Below are positions 10,146-20,606 of a DNA stretch of 64,000 nt, in pieces. Numbering within the stretch: position 1 is the first letter of the stretch; each line of letters starts with the position of its first letter. The stretch comes from a virus. Where the stretch lies: positions 32,001 to 96,000 of IMG/VR virus record IMGVR_UViG_3300031857_000018; one strand, 5' to 3'. The position numbers were made by a program, and so were the translations under genes. The notes under the pieces are model-generated. The model was given only the letters and a program-made list of their open reading frames with translations. It did not search any database and was not told where the DNA came from.

Positions 10146-11390
10146 CTATCCAACATATATTTTTAATGGAATTTTACCTAGTATTTCAGTCATTTGGGTA
10201 GCTTCGGTATTTTGGCGGGTCAACATTTTTTCTTTTGTTAATTCTGCTAAAAATTCACGAAGTTGTGTTACTAGAGCTTCTTTTTCTGATTGGCCCTGTG
10301 TTACTAGTTCCGACCCATTTAATGTTACTTCTGAATTTGGAATTGGTATCGATGAATATTTACCTCGTACATATCCCAACATTTCTTTCACAGTTGCAAC
10401 ACCGTATTTAAATATCCAAGAACGGCCCATATCATTAATTGTCCTGTACTGATGATTCGTATATGGTATATTTGCTGCGTCACTTACGACCCCAGTTAAA
10501 AGTGCTGTATTCCCAAACAAAATAGCTTGTTTGCTTTTTTCTTCTTCAAGCAAATATTCAATCCATACATTATTATAAAATAAAGAAGATGCAGATGATC
10601 CCGTACCAGATGATGGTATAGGCCAAAACTTAATGTCATCTCCGTGTATTTCAAATGAGTAATGTGACTTACGTACTTGGTCATTGAATTCAATTGCCTG
10701 CAATCTTAATAAATCTGCGTGTATTGGCATCATCATAAAACTAATTGAAGGTGAAAATCCTCCAAAGTTAAATGAATCTAATAATTGTTGCGAACCTAGA
10801 CCTGTTCCAACAAATGGATCAAAATATCTTGTAATTGCCGGCGGTGGATTATGCAATACTCTGCGAATTTCAATTGAACTAGTATTGGATAAACTAGAAC
10901 TGTTTGCTGATAATGATGCAGATACTGCTTCGCGAATACTATATGTTTGTTGTCCAGGAATAATGTTAACAACAGCTTTACGCCATTTTACATCACCCCC
11001 CGAGTCAGCTTCAGTACCATATGCTCTAGATAGTTTAGTTATGTATCCTAAAGATTGCCCAATATTAACACCAGTCATGGATCCACCATTGCCTGTTAAA
11101 TAATCAGAACCGGTTTGAACTCCTAACGTGTTAATCAGGTTATTAACAATGTTAACTTGATTAATCTGGTTTGAATATTCTAGTACTGCGGCTTCAAATG
11201 CAGTATAAAAATTTATATCTAAAAGTTCAACATCCATAATTGGATATCCAACATGTTGTGCTGCAAACTTTGCAAATCGATCTGCATGGTTCTGGAACAT
11301 CGGATCAGTATCAAAGAATCCAAATGGTGTAGATCCAGTTGTAAATGAAGAGGAACCTGGCCAAATTGGTTTATTTTCTGAGTAATCCAT
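10146..11390 (-). CDS. neck/head-tail adaptor (gp13-like)
   Basis: GYP..DVEL; WI.KY..A..KE.LG.VRGKY..IP.P...VTLNG. Confidence 0.7.
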   Translation of the reverse strand: MDYSENKPIWPGSSSFTTGSTPFGFFDTDPMFQNHADRFAKFAAQHVGYPIMDVELLDINFYTAFEAAVLEYSNQINQVNIVNNLINTLGVQTGSDYLTGNGGSMTGVNIGQSLGYITKLSRAYGTEADSGGDVKWRKAVVNIIPGQQTYSIREAVSASLSANSSSLSNTSSIEIRRVLHNPPPAITRYFDPFVGTGLGSQQLLDSFNFGGFSPSISFMMMPIHADLLRLQAIEFNDQVRKSHYSFEIHGDDIKFWPIPSSGTGSSASSLFYNNVWIEYLLEEEKSKQAILFGNTALLTGVVSDAANIPYTNHQYRTINDMGRSWIFKYGVATVKEMLGYVRGKYSSIPIPNSEVTLNGSELVTQGQSEKEALVTQLREFLAELTKEKMLTRQNTEATQMTEILGKIPLKIYVG

Positions 11391-11420
11391 TTGTTTTACC
11401 TTTTATATATAAATATGTTA

Positions 11421-12080
11421 TTAATCATTTAATCTGGTTAAAATATCATCTAATGCTTCATGGCGGTGATTATCCAATAAAATGATTTCATTCACCCATT
11501 TTGAGTCTCGAAGTTTAGGAACTTCATGTGTAGCAGAATCATTTTTAAATTTTAAATCTACCTGATATTTGTCACCACATAGTATCATGATGCTATCTTT
11601 ACCTAATCGAGACAACACCATTTTAAGTTGCTCTTTAGTTAAGTTTTGAAACTCATCCACAATACAAACTGCATGGTCAAATGTACGTCCTCGAAAGTGT
11701 GCTAATGATACTAATTCAATATTTTCTTCTTTTTCCATTTTTTCTAGAAGCTCTGGCTTGTTATACACTTTACGCATATTGCTTCGAATTGGAACTAACC
11801 ATGGTTCCATTTTTTCTGTGAGCGACCCGGGTAAGAATCCGTTGTCTTCATTTGAAACAGTAGGACGAGTAATGATAATTTTGTTTGTTTGTCGTTTAAA
11901 AAACATGTCCAATGCAATTTGAACTGCTAACAATGTTTTACCCGATCCAGCTTTACCTAATATAAAGTTAAATGGCGTTTCTATAATCTTTGCTTTTGCT
12001 TCTTTTTGTTCGTCTGATAATGTAATTGAAAATTTAATATCGTTCTTTGGTGGAGTTTTCTCCTTATTAGTTGTAGCCAT
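11421..12080 (-). CDS. phoH: PhoH-like ATPase
   Basis: GKAGSGKT, ITRP, GFLPG, RGRTF, DEFQN, SRLG, GD..Q.D motifs. Confidence 0.95.
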   Translation of the reverse strand: MATTNKEKTPPKNDIKFSITLSDEQKEAKAKIIETPFNFILGKAGSGKTLLAVQIALDMFFKRQTNKIIITRPTVSNEDNGFLPGSLTEKMEPWLVPIRSNMRKVYNKPELLEKMEKEENIELVSLAHFRGRTFDHAVCIVDEFQNLTKEQLKMVLSRLGKDSIMILCGDKYQVDLKFKNDSATHEVPKLRDSKWVNEIILLDNHRHEALDDILTRLND

Positions 12081-12104
12081 TGATAACCTTTTGTTGTAAC
12101 GTGA

Positions 12105-12380
12105 TTAAAATAATTTTGTAAGTGTTGTTTCTTTGAGTTGCATATCTTTTAGTGTTTCTATTTTACCTAAACACATTTGACGAACTGCTTGAAATGTTTT
12201 ACGAGCTGGATATGGTGTCATTATCTTGAGTGTGATTAATTCTTTGTCTGGTCCTAAATCTTGTTCGATATGAACCATTAATACTAAACGAATTGCCCGA
12301 ATTCGATCCAATACATCTACTAGACGACCATCATATCGGATAACCGCTTGCATTGAGTATTTACTTCTAGGTACTGCCAT
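12105..12380 (-). CDS. hypothetical protein
   Basis: 91-aa ORF with own ATATTTATA motif at 12394-12402. Confidence 0.7.
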   Translation of the reverse strand: MAVPRSKYSMQAVIRYDGRLVDVLDRIRAIRLVLMVHIEQDLGPDKELITLKIMTPYPARKTFQAVRQMCLGKIETLKDMQLKETTLTKLF

Positions 12381-12410
12381 ATTATTCTTTTAATATAAAT
12401 ATAGCACAGT

Positions 12411-12438
12411 AAAAAAGGGATGACCGAAGCCATCCCCT
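12411..12438 (-). terminator. rho-independent terminator after major capsid gene
   Basis: Sense GGGATGGC-TTCG-GTCATCCC followed by a T-run. Confidence 0.85.
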
Positions 12439-12484
12439 TTAATTCATTCTTTAATTTGTTAAGTCAATTAAATTCAATTAACTA

Positions 12485-14149
12485 TTAAAGAGTGTTTAAT
12501 CCGTGAACGTATACTTTTCCGTAGAATTCAGAACGAACTACTTTCTTCGCGTAACGTGTCATGACACCTTTACGTGGAGTGAAGTTAACTGGATCGTATA
12601 CAAGTGGAGTCATAATCAATGGAATGTATGGGCTAAATACAGCACCTGTTTCCAAGAATTGTGAACCTCTAAAGCCCATTAAGATTACATTTTCTAACAT
12701 GTATGGGTTTTTATAAACTGTGTAACGGTTATTGATTGCACCAATTTTTTGTACACCTGCTGCAAATTCCATTTTAGTACCATCTGTGTCAGCGGCAAAT
12801 CCTGGGATAGACTCAAGAACAGTTGCTACTGCAGGAGAACATACTAGGAAGTTAGCACCACCACGCAATGTTTTTTGGTGAATCTTATTAGATACTTTTT
12901 GAAGTTTAGTACCTAAAGTTTGGAACCATCCACCTTGAGTGTTATAGAAACCATCACCTAAACCAGTTGCTGATACAGCACCAGCTGCTACTTGTTCAAA
13001 TGCAGTACCATTCCAAAGTGTATTGTTACGAGCTGACCAATACTCAGTTGTTGGAGCTGCTGCGATCAACATATCAAGGATTTCAAGATCGATTTCCATT
13101 GATACATACTCAGACAACATTGAAGTCAATTCAGCTTCAGCATCAATTGAGTGGTAAGCATTTAAATCTTGAGCAAACTCAGGAGTCCAAACTGCTTTCA
13201 ACTTACGAGTCTTAGCAACAATTGGCTCAGATTGCATTTCAAGGTTAATTTCTGGGATATCAATATCCGTACCTTGGTTAATACCAGATGTACCATAAGC
13301 AGTACCTTTGAATGGATTTGCATCTTCAAAATCACCACGAGTGATATCTGTAGGTTGTTTGCTATAGTTTAATCTCAATGTACCTGCTGAAATCGATGCA
13401 CTAACTGCAGTTAATTGTGCGTTTGTTACAACGAATGATGCGGTGTAATTGCTTGTGATAGTAGAGAATGCTTGTACCGGTACAATTTCTGTAGATCCAG
13501 ACAAGAATGTGAATGAACGTACTGCATAAAGATCTGCATTTGTAGGAACGTTAACTGTTACCACTTTAAATGCAGAAGATCCAGAGTATGCAGAATCACC
13601 ATTAACTTGCGTAGCTGTTGGAGTAGAACCAGTAGTTGCTGTTACAATTGAAGCTGTTTCGTTGATTGAATATCCGAAACGACCTGCACCGTAAAGACCT
13701 CCTGATGCATCATTAGCAGTAGTAGTAACACCGAACATTGAATCGTCTGCGTTTGGAGAACCAAATGGATCACCTGTGCGGTTCAAGTTATCATTGTCAA
13801 ATCCAGGCTGAGCTGTACCATACTTAAAATCTAGATAGAAAATAAGTCCTGATGGTAAGTTCATTGGCTGAACTGAAACGAATTCTTTTGCTGCAAACTC
13901 AGCAAAGATACGACGTACCAATGGAAGTGCAACACCTGCCCACTCTTCAGATCCTGCTGTTGTACCAGTTGAAGTAGCTTCTTTTACTAATTGACGTGCT
14001 TGGTTTTCAAGCAACTGAGCCATACCTGCTTTTTCGGTTTCGCCCTTAAGACCTTCTAATAGACCGGTCTTTTCCCATTTGCTAGCTAACGCTTTTGCTT
14101 GATTTCTTTGTACAAAATCGTTAGTTTGCAATAAATTTGAAATACTCAT
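12485..14149 (-). CDS. gp23: major capsid protein (T4 gp23-like)
   Basis: LLENQ, PLVRR, VQPM..PSGLIFYL, AKTRKLKA.WT.E.AQDL.A.H..DAEAEL, PYIPL, F.P..G.MTRY. Confidence 0.95.
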   Translation of the reverse strand: MSISNLLQTNDFVQRNQAKALASKWEKTGLLEGLKGETEKAGMAQLLENQARQLVKEATSTGTTAGSEEWAGVALPLVRRIFAEFAAKEFVSVQPMNLPSGLIFYLDFKYGTAQPGFDNDNLNRTGDPFGSPNADDSMFGVTTTANDASGGLYGAGRFGYSINETASIVTATTGSTPTATQVNGDSAYSGSSAFKVVTVNVPTNADLYAVRSFTFLSGSTEIVPVQAFSTITSNYTASFVVTNAQLTAVSASISAGTLRLNYSKQPTDITRGDFEDANPFKGTAYGTSGINQGTDIDIPEINLEMQSEPIVAKTRKLKAVWTPEFAQDLNAYHSIDAEAELTSMLSEYVSMEIDLEILDMLIAAAPTTEYWSARNNTLWNGTAFEQVAAGAVSATGLGDGFYNTQGGWFQTLGTKLQKVSNKIHQKTLRGGANFLVCSPAVATVLESIPGFAADTDGTKMEFAAGVQKIGAINNRYTVYKNPYMLENVILMGFRGSQFLETGAVFSPYIPLIMTPLVYDPVNFTPRKGVMTRYAKKVVRSEFYGKVYVHGLNTL

Positions 14150-14177
14150 TTTTGTGTTTCCTTTTCTTTTTGTTTTG

Positions 14178-15179
14178 TTATAGCAATCCTGCTAATTTTT
14201 TCCAACGTTCTGCTTGCTCAAATCCTTCATTAAGAATTGGTGCTTTTTTAGGAGCCGTAGTTGCAGTCGCTTTAGACGCATACGATTCTTTAACAACACG
14301 TTTCTTAGTTACTGGTCTTGAGAAAGATTCAGCTAATGTTGTAAATACTAATTTTACTTCTCTTGTATTAACTGAACGATCGAAGTTTTCAATCACTTTC
14401 ATTTTCTGTGCTTCAGTTAATTCAAAATTGCGGAACAATTTGTTTGTGTAAAGAAGTTTTGCATTAAGAAGATTAACCTCATTGATGATGCTAGTAAGTT
14501 TTTTAACCGTACGATAAGCTTCTGCTAATTCTTCGTCTTTTTTAGCAACTTCATCATCTTTAACTTCTGGCTCGTCTTCCATATCATCTTCTTCACGAAG
14601 AATTGATTCAATGATTTCATCGATATCCATATCACCAGCTTCTGGCTCATATCCATCCGATACCATATCGTCTTCTGGCATTTCCATTTCGTCTTCTGAC
14701 ATTTCCATGTCCATATCGCCTTCTAACTCACGAATGATTCCTTCAAGATCTAGATCGTCATGATCATAGCCTTCGTTGTACTCTGCATCCATCTCATCAT
14801 CAGACATTGGCATTTCTTCTGCTGGAAGTTCTTCACCACCTAATTCTTCTTCTTCTCCACCGGCCATGCCAACTTCGAAATCGTAAGTGCTTCCACCTAC
14901 TTCTGCAGATAGATCATTGTCTACCCAATTAAAATCATCGCCACCTTCAGCATCCATGTCCATTTCCATATCAGCTTCTGGTGCAGCATCTAATGCTTCT
15001 TCACCGGTTGCATCAATTTCTTCTTCGCCGTCGATTTCATTTGTTAGTTTAGTTGCTAACATTCTTTCTAGACGAGGAGCAAATGCTTCTTGTAAGGCGA
15101 TCTTTGCGTTTGCTAATGCAGTTTCTTTAACAGCGTTAGCATCAGCGATTGCTTGTTTTAGCAAATCTGATTTTGCCAT
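14178..15179 (-). CDS. prohead core/scaffold protein
   Basis: Very acidic linker and coiled coils; directly upstream of MCP; ends W.KLAGL. Confidence 0.75.
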   Translation of the reverse strand: MAKSDLLKQAIADANAVKETALANAKIALQEAFAPRLERMLATKLTNEIDGEEEIDATGEEALDAAPEADMEMDMDAEGGDDFNWVDNDLSAEVGGSTYDFEVGMAGGEEEELGGEELPAEEMPMSDDEMDAEYNEGYDHDDLDLEGIIRELEGDMDMEMSEDEMEMPEDDMVSDGYEPEAGDMDIDEIIESILREEDDMEDEPEVKDDEVAKKDEELAEAYRTVKKLTSIINEVNLLNAKLLYTNKLFRNFELTEAQKMKVIENFDRSVNTREVKLVFTTLAESFSRPVTKKRVVKESYASKATATTAPKKAPILNEGFEQAERWKKLAGLL

Positions 15180-15300
15180 AGTTTTTCCCCTAAATTTTGT
15201 TTTTGGAAGTAAGATTATTTGAAATCTTAATAGAATTTTAAAATTATATAAACGCTATATAATAAGAACGGAATAGCGTATTCTTTAATATATATCAGCC
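15180..15300 (-). promoter_or_regulatory. structured 5' leader of scaffold-MCP unit
   Basis: Two stems (ACGCTAT..ATAGCGT and TAAGATT..AATCTTA), a variant promoter-like ATATATATTAAA, and AGGGG before the ATG. Confidence 0.4.
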
Positions 15301-15316
15301 AGTTTGAAAAAACAGT

Positions 15317-15348
15317 AAAAAAGTCCCAACTTTTTCAAGCTAGGACTT
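15317..15348 (-). terminator. terminator after bS21 gene
   Basis: AAGTCCTAGCTT-GAAA-AAGTTGGGACTT stem (with G-U pairs) plus T-run. Confidence 0.75.
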
Positions 15349-15374
15349 AATTTAATACTTTTGTGGTAAAGATA

Positions 15375-15620
15375 TTATTTTGAATGCATTGTGCGAATAT
15401 GTTGCATATATGCTGCGTTTGCGTGTTGTTGTCGTTTTAGCACACTTGGCTTAATGAATTCTTTTCGATCTTTAGTTGCCTCTAACACTCCAGACATTTT
15501 TACTTTGCGTTTCCATGTTTTAAGTGCGGCTGCTAAATCTTCTCTAGTGCTCCCCGGTACATGCACTGCCATTGATTGACCGGGAACAATCATTTGATGT
15601 TGTTTTTGTTTTTTACTCAT
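15375..15620 (-). CDS. rpsU: phage-encoded ribosomal protein bS21
   Basis: EDL..ALK.WKRKV...G.L...K.R.EF.KPS..KR, the bS21 signature; located among head genes. Confidence 0.85.
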   Translation of the reverse strand: MSKKQKQHQMIVPGQSMAVHVPGSTREDLAAALKTWKRKVKMSGVLEATKDRKEFIKPSVLKRQQHANAAYMQHIRTMHSK

Positions 15621-15629
15621 ATAACTGGT

Positions 15630-16145
15630 TTAAATATTTGCTTGTGGTTGTTGAGGTGTTGGCTCAGGCGTAGGTTCAGGAGCTGGCTTTTCACCTCTTA
15701 CGTTAAAACGGAAATGTTTAATTTCTGGCTTTTGTGCAATATACCCTTGAATACGTTGTGATTCGCGTCCTGGATCTTGTCCTAATCGAAAATAGAAATA
15801 TCCAACTTTACCAGATGGTGACGCAACATGTTTAACTATAGTAAATCCTTTTTTGGTAGCCCATTCGCGGATTTCATTTGCAACAGCTTCTGCCTCTGCT
15901 GGGTTACGAAGCACATATTCAACTCCACCTCGATAATCAACAATATTATTAATTAATTGTGCTTCGTCAACCATATCTTCAGTTTCGATAAGGCCGGCAT
16001 TTTTCATTGCATCGCCATATTTTTCTACAGCTTTTATACTTTTTTCAATTTCACCAGCTGGTAAGATTTTTGGAATATTTGACGTTGGAGTTGCTGCCTC
16101 AGTTAATCCAAAGAAATCGCGATACAATTTTTTTAATTTGTTCAT
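15630..16145 (-). CDS. hypothetical protein (probable head-associated)
   Basis: 171 aa; L-x-E motif near N-terminus; PEPT-rich tail. Confidence 0.7.
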   Translation of the reverse strand: MNKLKKLYRDFFGLTEAATPTSNIPKILPAGEIEKSIKAVEKYGDAMKNAGLIETEDMVDEAQLINNIVDYRGGVEYVLRNPAEAEAVANEIREWATKKGFTIVKHVASPSGKVGYFYFRLGQDPGRESQRIQGYIAQKPEIKHFRFNVRGEKPAPEPTPEPTPQQPQANI

Positions 16146-16158
16146 CTTTATACCTTAT

Positions 16159-16188
16159 AATATAAGTAATTAGTTATCAATATCCAAA
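16159..16188 (-). promoter_or_regulatory. class-2 promoter TTTGG-N17-CTTATATT
   Basis: Same bipartite motif and 17-nt spacing at five other sites. Confidence 0.55.
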
Positions 16189-16566
16189 TTATTGCACATC
16201 AAAATATTTACTTAAACCTTGTGCAATATCTTCATATGCTGCACTTAATCTTTGTTGCAACATGTTCATTTCCTTTGCAGTCGATTCAAACACTTTGTAT
16301 GAGTCGTTCAAATTTTTCATGTGACGTTTTACAGTAACACCATCAAACCAATCTCCTGATTCTGATGCAATCTGATCTGCTTTATTTATGATATCTCGAA
16401 CTCTGGTTGTTAGTTGTTCTAAATCGCCTTTACCGTAAACAGAATCACCTAATTCACTAAATCTTTTTACTTGATCGATGAATTCTTGTTTTTCTTGTTT
16501 AGATAACGGTGTTGGTTGATCCTCTAACAAAGTTTCTAAAATATATTTTAAATTTGGTGTTTTCAT
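16189..16566 (-). CDS. hypothetical head-module protein
   Basis: Start reassigned to ATG 16566 (MKTPNL...), 1 nt after the protease stop. Confidence 0.7.
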   Translation of the reverse strand: MKTPNLKYILETLLEDQPTPLSKQEKQEFIDQVKRFSELGDSVYGKGDLEQLTTRVRDIINKADQIASESGDWFDGVTVKRHMKNLNDSYKVFESTAKEMNMLQQRLSAAYEDIAQGLSKYFDVQ

Positions 16567-16567
16567 G

Positions 16568-17194
16568 TTATATCCTACATTTTCCATCTTCACATAGTAT
16601 AGATGTAATTGCATCATGTACTCGTGCGTATTTATTTGTTATTGTTTTATTTACTGATTCATTCATCGATGTTGGACGCATAAATGCACCATGGGTTGAT
16701 GGGTTTGATACAAAGTCCCAACAAATCAATTCAAAATCTTCTTGCACTTCAACTGTGCCTTCTGATCTAAGTTCTTTAACAGATCCTAATCCACGTGATG
16801 AAATTCCTAATGTGATTCCAGCCTTGAAAAGTTCTTTAAGAATCTTACCTGACGGCGTATCTAAGATTTGCACTGCTCCTAATAAATCATCACCTTTCCA
16901 CCATATCTTCAACACGTTATGTGACACGTTGTTCAAGTTAACAACCGATGACTCTGGATGATCTAATTCGCCTAATGCACGATGTTGATTGATGTATTCT
17001 TGTTGGTATCGTTGACATTCACGTTCCAAGATGCTTCTAGGATATACTCGGCCGTTTTGATTTTTTGCGCCTGCTCTTTGCAAAACTCCTTGCACTACAA
17101 AACCACCTGGTATTCCATATGCAGCACCGCTTGATTCAGTAAGTGAACCAACTGGCTTAAATGGCATATATTCTACTATAAGTTGTTTTGACAT
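16568..17194 (-). CDS. gp21: prohead protease (T4 gp21-like)
   Basis: KNQNGRVYP, ALGELDHP, LDTPSG, GISSRGLGS, D.VS.PS. Confidence 0.95.
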   Translation of the reverse strand: MSKQLIVEYMPFKPVGSLTESSGAAYGIPGGFVVQGVLQRAGAKNQNGRVYPRSILERECQRYQQEYINQHRALGELDHPESSVVNLNNVSHNVLKIWWKGDDLLGAVQILDTPSGKILKELFKAGITLGISSRGLGSVKELRSEGTVEVQEDFELICWDFVSNPSTHGAFMRPTSMNESVNKTITNKYARVHDAITSILCEDGKCRI

Positions 17195-17195
17195 A

Positions 17196-17888
17196 TTATT
17201 CCCCTAATGCTCTTACTCGTTCTGATATTTTTACTAATCGTTCTGATATTTTTTGTAACGCTTTTTTTGTGCTATTACCATATGCAGATGATGTTACTCC
17301 AGATTCTGTTTTTAATCTGGAATTATAATTCACCATTGTTTCAATTTCTTGAAGTTTACGTGCAACTTCTTTAATTGTGTTTTTTACTTTTTGTTCCGGT
17401 GTTGTTTTAGAATCAGCCGTAGCAAAAGAACGATATCCTTCAATTAGTTGCTCGTATTTTCGTTCTAACACATCTTCAACTTTAAGTTTAGTTCCGGAAT
17501 CTCGATCTTTTTTATGTGATGTTCCTGGTGAATTAGTTATATCTTTTGATGGGTATTCTAATTCTTTATTCCACCATTTTGTATCGTCAATTGAAAATGA
17601 AAATTTGTCGTTCTGTACCTCTTCGTCAAATTCAACTGTTTGATAATGACCAGGTTTATATGTTTTAGAAACTGGCTTTGTGTTTTCTTCTAGTCCAGAT
17701 GCATATCCTACATGTTTAACAGTTTTACGGAAAGCTGCAGGAGTATTATATCCAGCTACCCCGCCTGTTGCTGATACTTCATCAAGTTCTTCACAAACAC
17801 ATTCGTCAGAAGGTTTATTACACGCTTCACACTGATTTTCTAATTCAACAAATTTTTCTTCCATTTCTCGTAAAAATGACTTCATCAT
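17196..17888 (-). CDS. hypothetical head-module protein
   Basis: GGVAGYNTP.AF motif and C-terminal helical domain. Confidence 0.7.
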   Translation of the reverse strand: MMKSFLREMEEKFVELENQCEACNKPSDECVCEELDEVSATGGVAGYNTPAAFRKTVKHVGYASGLEENTKPVSKTYKPGHYQTVEFDEEVQNDKFSFSIDDTKWWNKELEYPSKDITNSPGTSHKKDRDSGTKLKVEDVLERKYEQLIEGYRSFATADSKTTPEQKVKNTIKEVARKLQEIETMVNYNSRLKTESGVTSSAYGNSTKKALQKISERLVKISERVRALGE

Positions 17889-18733
17889 TTAACCTCTTTT
17901 AATTCGCGAATCAAATCATAATAACGTAACAACGAAAGAATATGTGATTCTTTTATTGTTTTTAAATTTTCTACATTGCATAACATTTCTGAAAGCTTTT
18001 GCACTTTAATTTTAATAACTTTATCATCAACTGGGTTTGCTAAATCAGCAAGTTGCTTTTTGATATTAGGAATTATCGTATGTACATATTCTCGCAGTGT
18101 AGCTGTATCATTAACGTGTGTAATGTATTTATTTAATAAATGTTTTTGTGATTCATCTAACCCAGAATATTTTTCATTGAATTTGTCAATTAAAAGTTTG
18201 TACGTTAATAAACGCATTTCCTTTGGTTGTGATTCAAAGTTTTCTAATACTGGATCTTTTGTTGGTTTTACTCGTTCTTGAATAATTCCATTATCAATAA
18301 TAGCACTTTTACATTCCATTAATTGTTTTGGATTATCCGTTTCTGCATATTCAAAAATCATGTTAATTGATGCTAACACTTTGTAATTGTTGATGTGCAT
18401 TTTTGACATGTTATCAAATACAAACCGATCTGAAATTTCTTTTACAAGATTATATCTTTGGCGCTTAAGCACTGTTTGATTTAGTTTTTCATGAGCAGCT
18501 TTAACTGTACGTATATAATCTAGAGCTTGTGCTTCACTACGAAATTGTTCTTTTAATAGTGCATTATATAATTGCAGTTCCTTTGATAATTCAGTATTTC
18601 TACCAAAATATTTTTTTATGATGTCAATTGTAACTGATTTATTAGATGACAATGTTTCTGAAGTTAATTTCCTAACTAACATTTCAAATAAAATACCCGT
18701 ATTCTTATATTTTGAATGTTTTAGTTTCTTCAT
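17885..18733 (-). CDS. conserved-type hypothetical protein between portal and protease
   Basis: KHSKYKNTGILFE.L.R N-terminus; helical. Confidence 0.75.
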   Translation of the reverse strand: MKKLKHSKYKNTGILFEMLVRKLTSETLSSNKSVTIDIIKKYFGRNTELSKELQLYNALLKEQFRSEAQALDYIRTVKAAHEKLNQTVLKRQRYNLVKEISDRFVFDNMSKMHINNYKVLASINMIFEYAETDNPKQLMECKSAIIDNGIIQERVKPTKDPVLENFESQPKEMRLLTYKLLIDKFNEKYSGLDESQKHLLNKYITHVNDTATLREYVHTIIPNIKKQLADLANPVDDKVIKIKVQKLSEMLCNVENLKTIKESHILSLLRYYDLIRELKEVK

Positions 18734-18776
18734 TTGGTATACGATGCCTTATGGTTTTATATAAATATGTTTATAA

Positions 18777-20606
18777 TTATAAAATGTTATTTTCATCTAA
18801 CATAGTTCCAGCGTCAGCGTCGTGGTCGGATGATTTTTTAAACGTTTCAGTGATGATATTAACACCTGGTTTTGTTTTCATTCCTTTAACAATATTCTCA
18901 GTTCGAGTCATAGAAAGTTTAGATCTAAAATTTGGATCTGGTTGGAATGCTGTTTTTTGATTTTCCGGATTAAATTGTTGTTTCAATTCTTTTTTACCTG
19001 TCGGATCCCATCCAAATGCATTACGGTGTTGTCCTGATTTAATTCCTTCTTTTGGTCGACCTCCCAGATCTTTATCTTCTACGTCATTGCTTGACATATG
19101 CACGGTTGCTAGGTCATGTGGTGTACCAAAAGACACTCCCGTAACAGCTGGGTCATTTCCTTCTTGTTCAATCTGATTTTGACGGAAACGAAGTTTAAGA
19201 TCCTCAATAACATCGTTACGTTCTTGCAACCACTGATCCTCAGACATATTAAAGATATACTCATAAATGTATCGATCTGATACTAATTTTGAATCTTTCA
19301 TTGTGTTTGCTAATGTAATTTTTTCATTCATTAACGCCACTTTTTGCTGATCGTATATAATTGATGGTGCTGTTAATTCTAGTTCAAATCCAACTAAATC
19401 TTCACCCTCAAATCCTTGTGAATATAAATGCACGATTGCAATTTTAGATAATTCAGAAACTACAATTTTCTGTATGCGTTCAATTGTACGAGCAAAACGA
19501 ATATCAATTGATGCTAAGTTAACTTTGCCTTCTTGCGACTCACCATACCCTAAAAACGGTTTAGGAATCTTAAGAGCAGCCATCATTTTATCTTTGATGT
19601 ATTCGATATCATCCATACCAGTAAATGTCATACCTGGCAATGTATCAATCTGAGTTGATGATTGACCTCCTCGCACTGGCAAGTAATAATCTTCCAACAT
19701 GTTGTTAAGATTAAACTTTAAATTGTAATTTCCGGTTTGTGGATCAATGTGTGGAATTTTTTTCATTTTATTGATAATTGTTTCCATGAATGTATCAACT
19801 TCATTTGGTGGAATGTTACCAATATCAATTTTGAAAATACGTTTTTCTGGTGCACGCATAATACGATGTATAAGCATCGCATCTTCCATCATCATTAATT
19901 TTTGGAATTCTTTACGGGCTCCTTCGAGCATGGATCTACCATATGGCAAGAAGTTTGAGTCTGATAACATGCGGAAGTGTGCAACTTCGTATGTGTCATA
20001 TGTCATTTGTTCTGACGCAATATTTTTGAATTTAATATCATATTCGCCAGTTGCATTGTCATATTCTTCCCAACGTTCCATTTCATAACTAGAAAATGGA
20101 CGCACATTGATAATACCTAATTCATCAGCAATATCTAGTTTTAAAAAGAAATCCCCATACTTGGTCATGTTACGAATCCATGTCCATAAATTGAATTCTA
20201 CGTTTAAGATATCGTAAAATAAATTGTATAGAATTTTTTGGAGTTGGGTATTATTTGTTTTAATTGTTAAGATTTCACCGAACTGATCTGCTAATGTAGA
20301 TTCATCTGAATATATGTCTAATGCTGCAGAAATAATTGGGTCTTTATCCATCATTTCGTAATCAGCATAAAGTTGCATACGATTCTGATGCATGTAGTAA
20401 TTAGAATCATAGCCACCCATTCCACCTACACGATGCTTATTTGCACCATGCAAACGTGTATATCGGTCTGCTACTTTGCTTTGTGCTAAATTACCTACAG
20501 ATTGTAAACGGTTTGTATCAACTACACGCAGTTTATCTTTACCATATGTTCTAACAATAACATTGGTACTAAACAGGTTTTGTAATCGTTTTCTTAATGA
20601 CGCCAT
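18777..20606 (-). CDS. gp20: portal protein (T4 gp20-like)
   Basis: MEDAMLIHRI.RAPEKRIFKIDIGN, MLEDYYLP.R, I.TLPG, AL.IP. Confidence 0.95.
   Translation of the reverse strand: MASLRKRLQNLFSTNVIVRTYGKDKLRVVDTNRLQSVGNLAQSKVADRYTRLHGANKHRVGGMGGYDSNYYMHQNRMQLYADYEMMDKDPIISAALDIYSDESTLADQFGEILTIKTNNTQLQKILYNLFYDILNVEFNLWTWIRNMTKYGDFFLKLDIADELGIINVRPFSSYEMERWEEYDNATGEYDIKFKNIASEQMTYDTYEVAHFRMLSDSNFLPYGRSMLEGARKEFQKLMMMEDAMLIHRIMRAPEKRIFKIDIGNIPPNEVDTFMETIINKMKKIPHIDPQTGNYNLKFNLNNMLEDYYLPVRGGQSSTQIDTLPGMTFTGMDDIEYIKDKMMAALKIPKPFLGYGESQEGKVNLASIDIRFARTIERIQKIVVSELSKIAIVHLYSQGFEGEDLVGFELELTAPSIIYDQQKVALMNEKITLANTMKDSKLVSDRYIYEYIFNMSEDQWLQERNDVIEDLKLRFRQNQIEQEGNDPAVTGVSFGTPHDLATVHMSSNDVEDKDLGGRPKEGIKSGQHRNAFGWDPTGKKELKQQFNPENQKTAFQPDPNFRSKLSMTRTENIVKGMKTKPGVNIITETFKKSSDHDADAGTMLDENNIL

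Noticed and set aside
16567-16617. Track start of the 142-aa ORF at 16617
   Set aside because: It overlaps the protease C-terminus; ATG at 16566 directly after the protease stop is more plausible.
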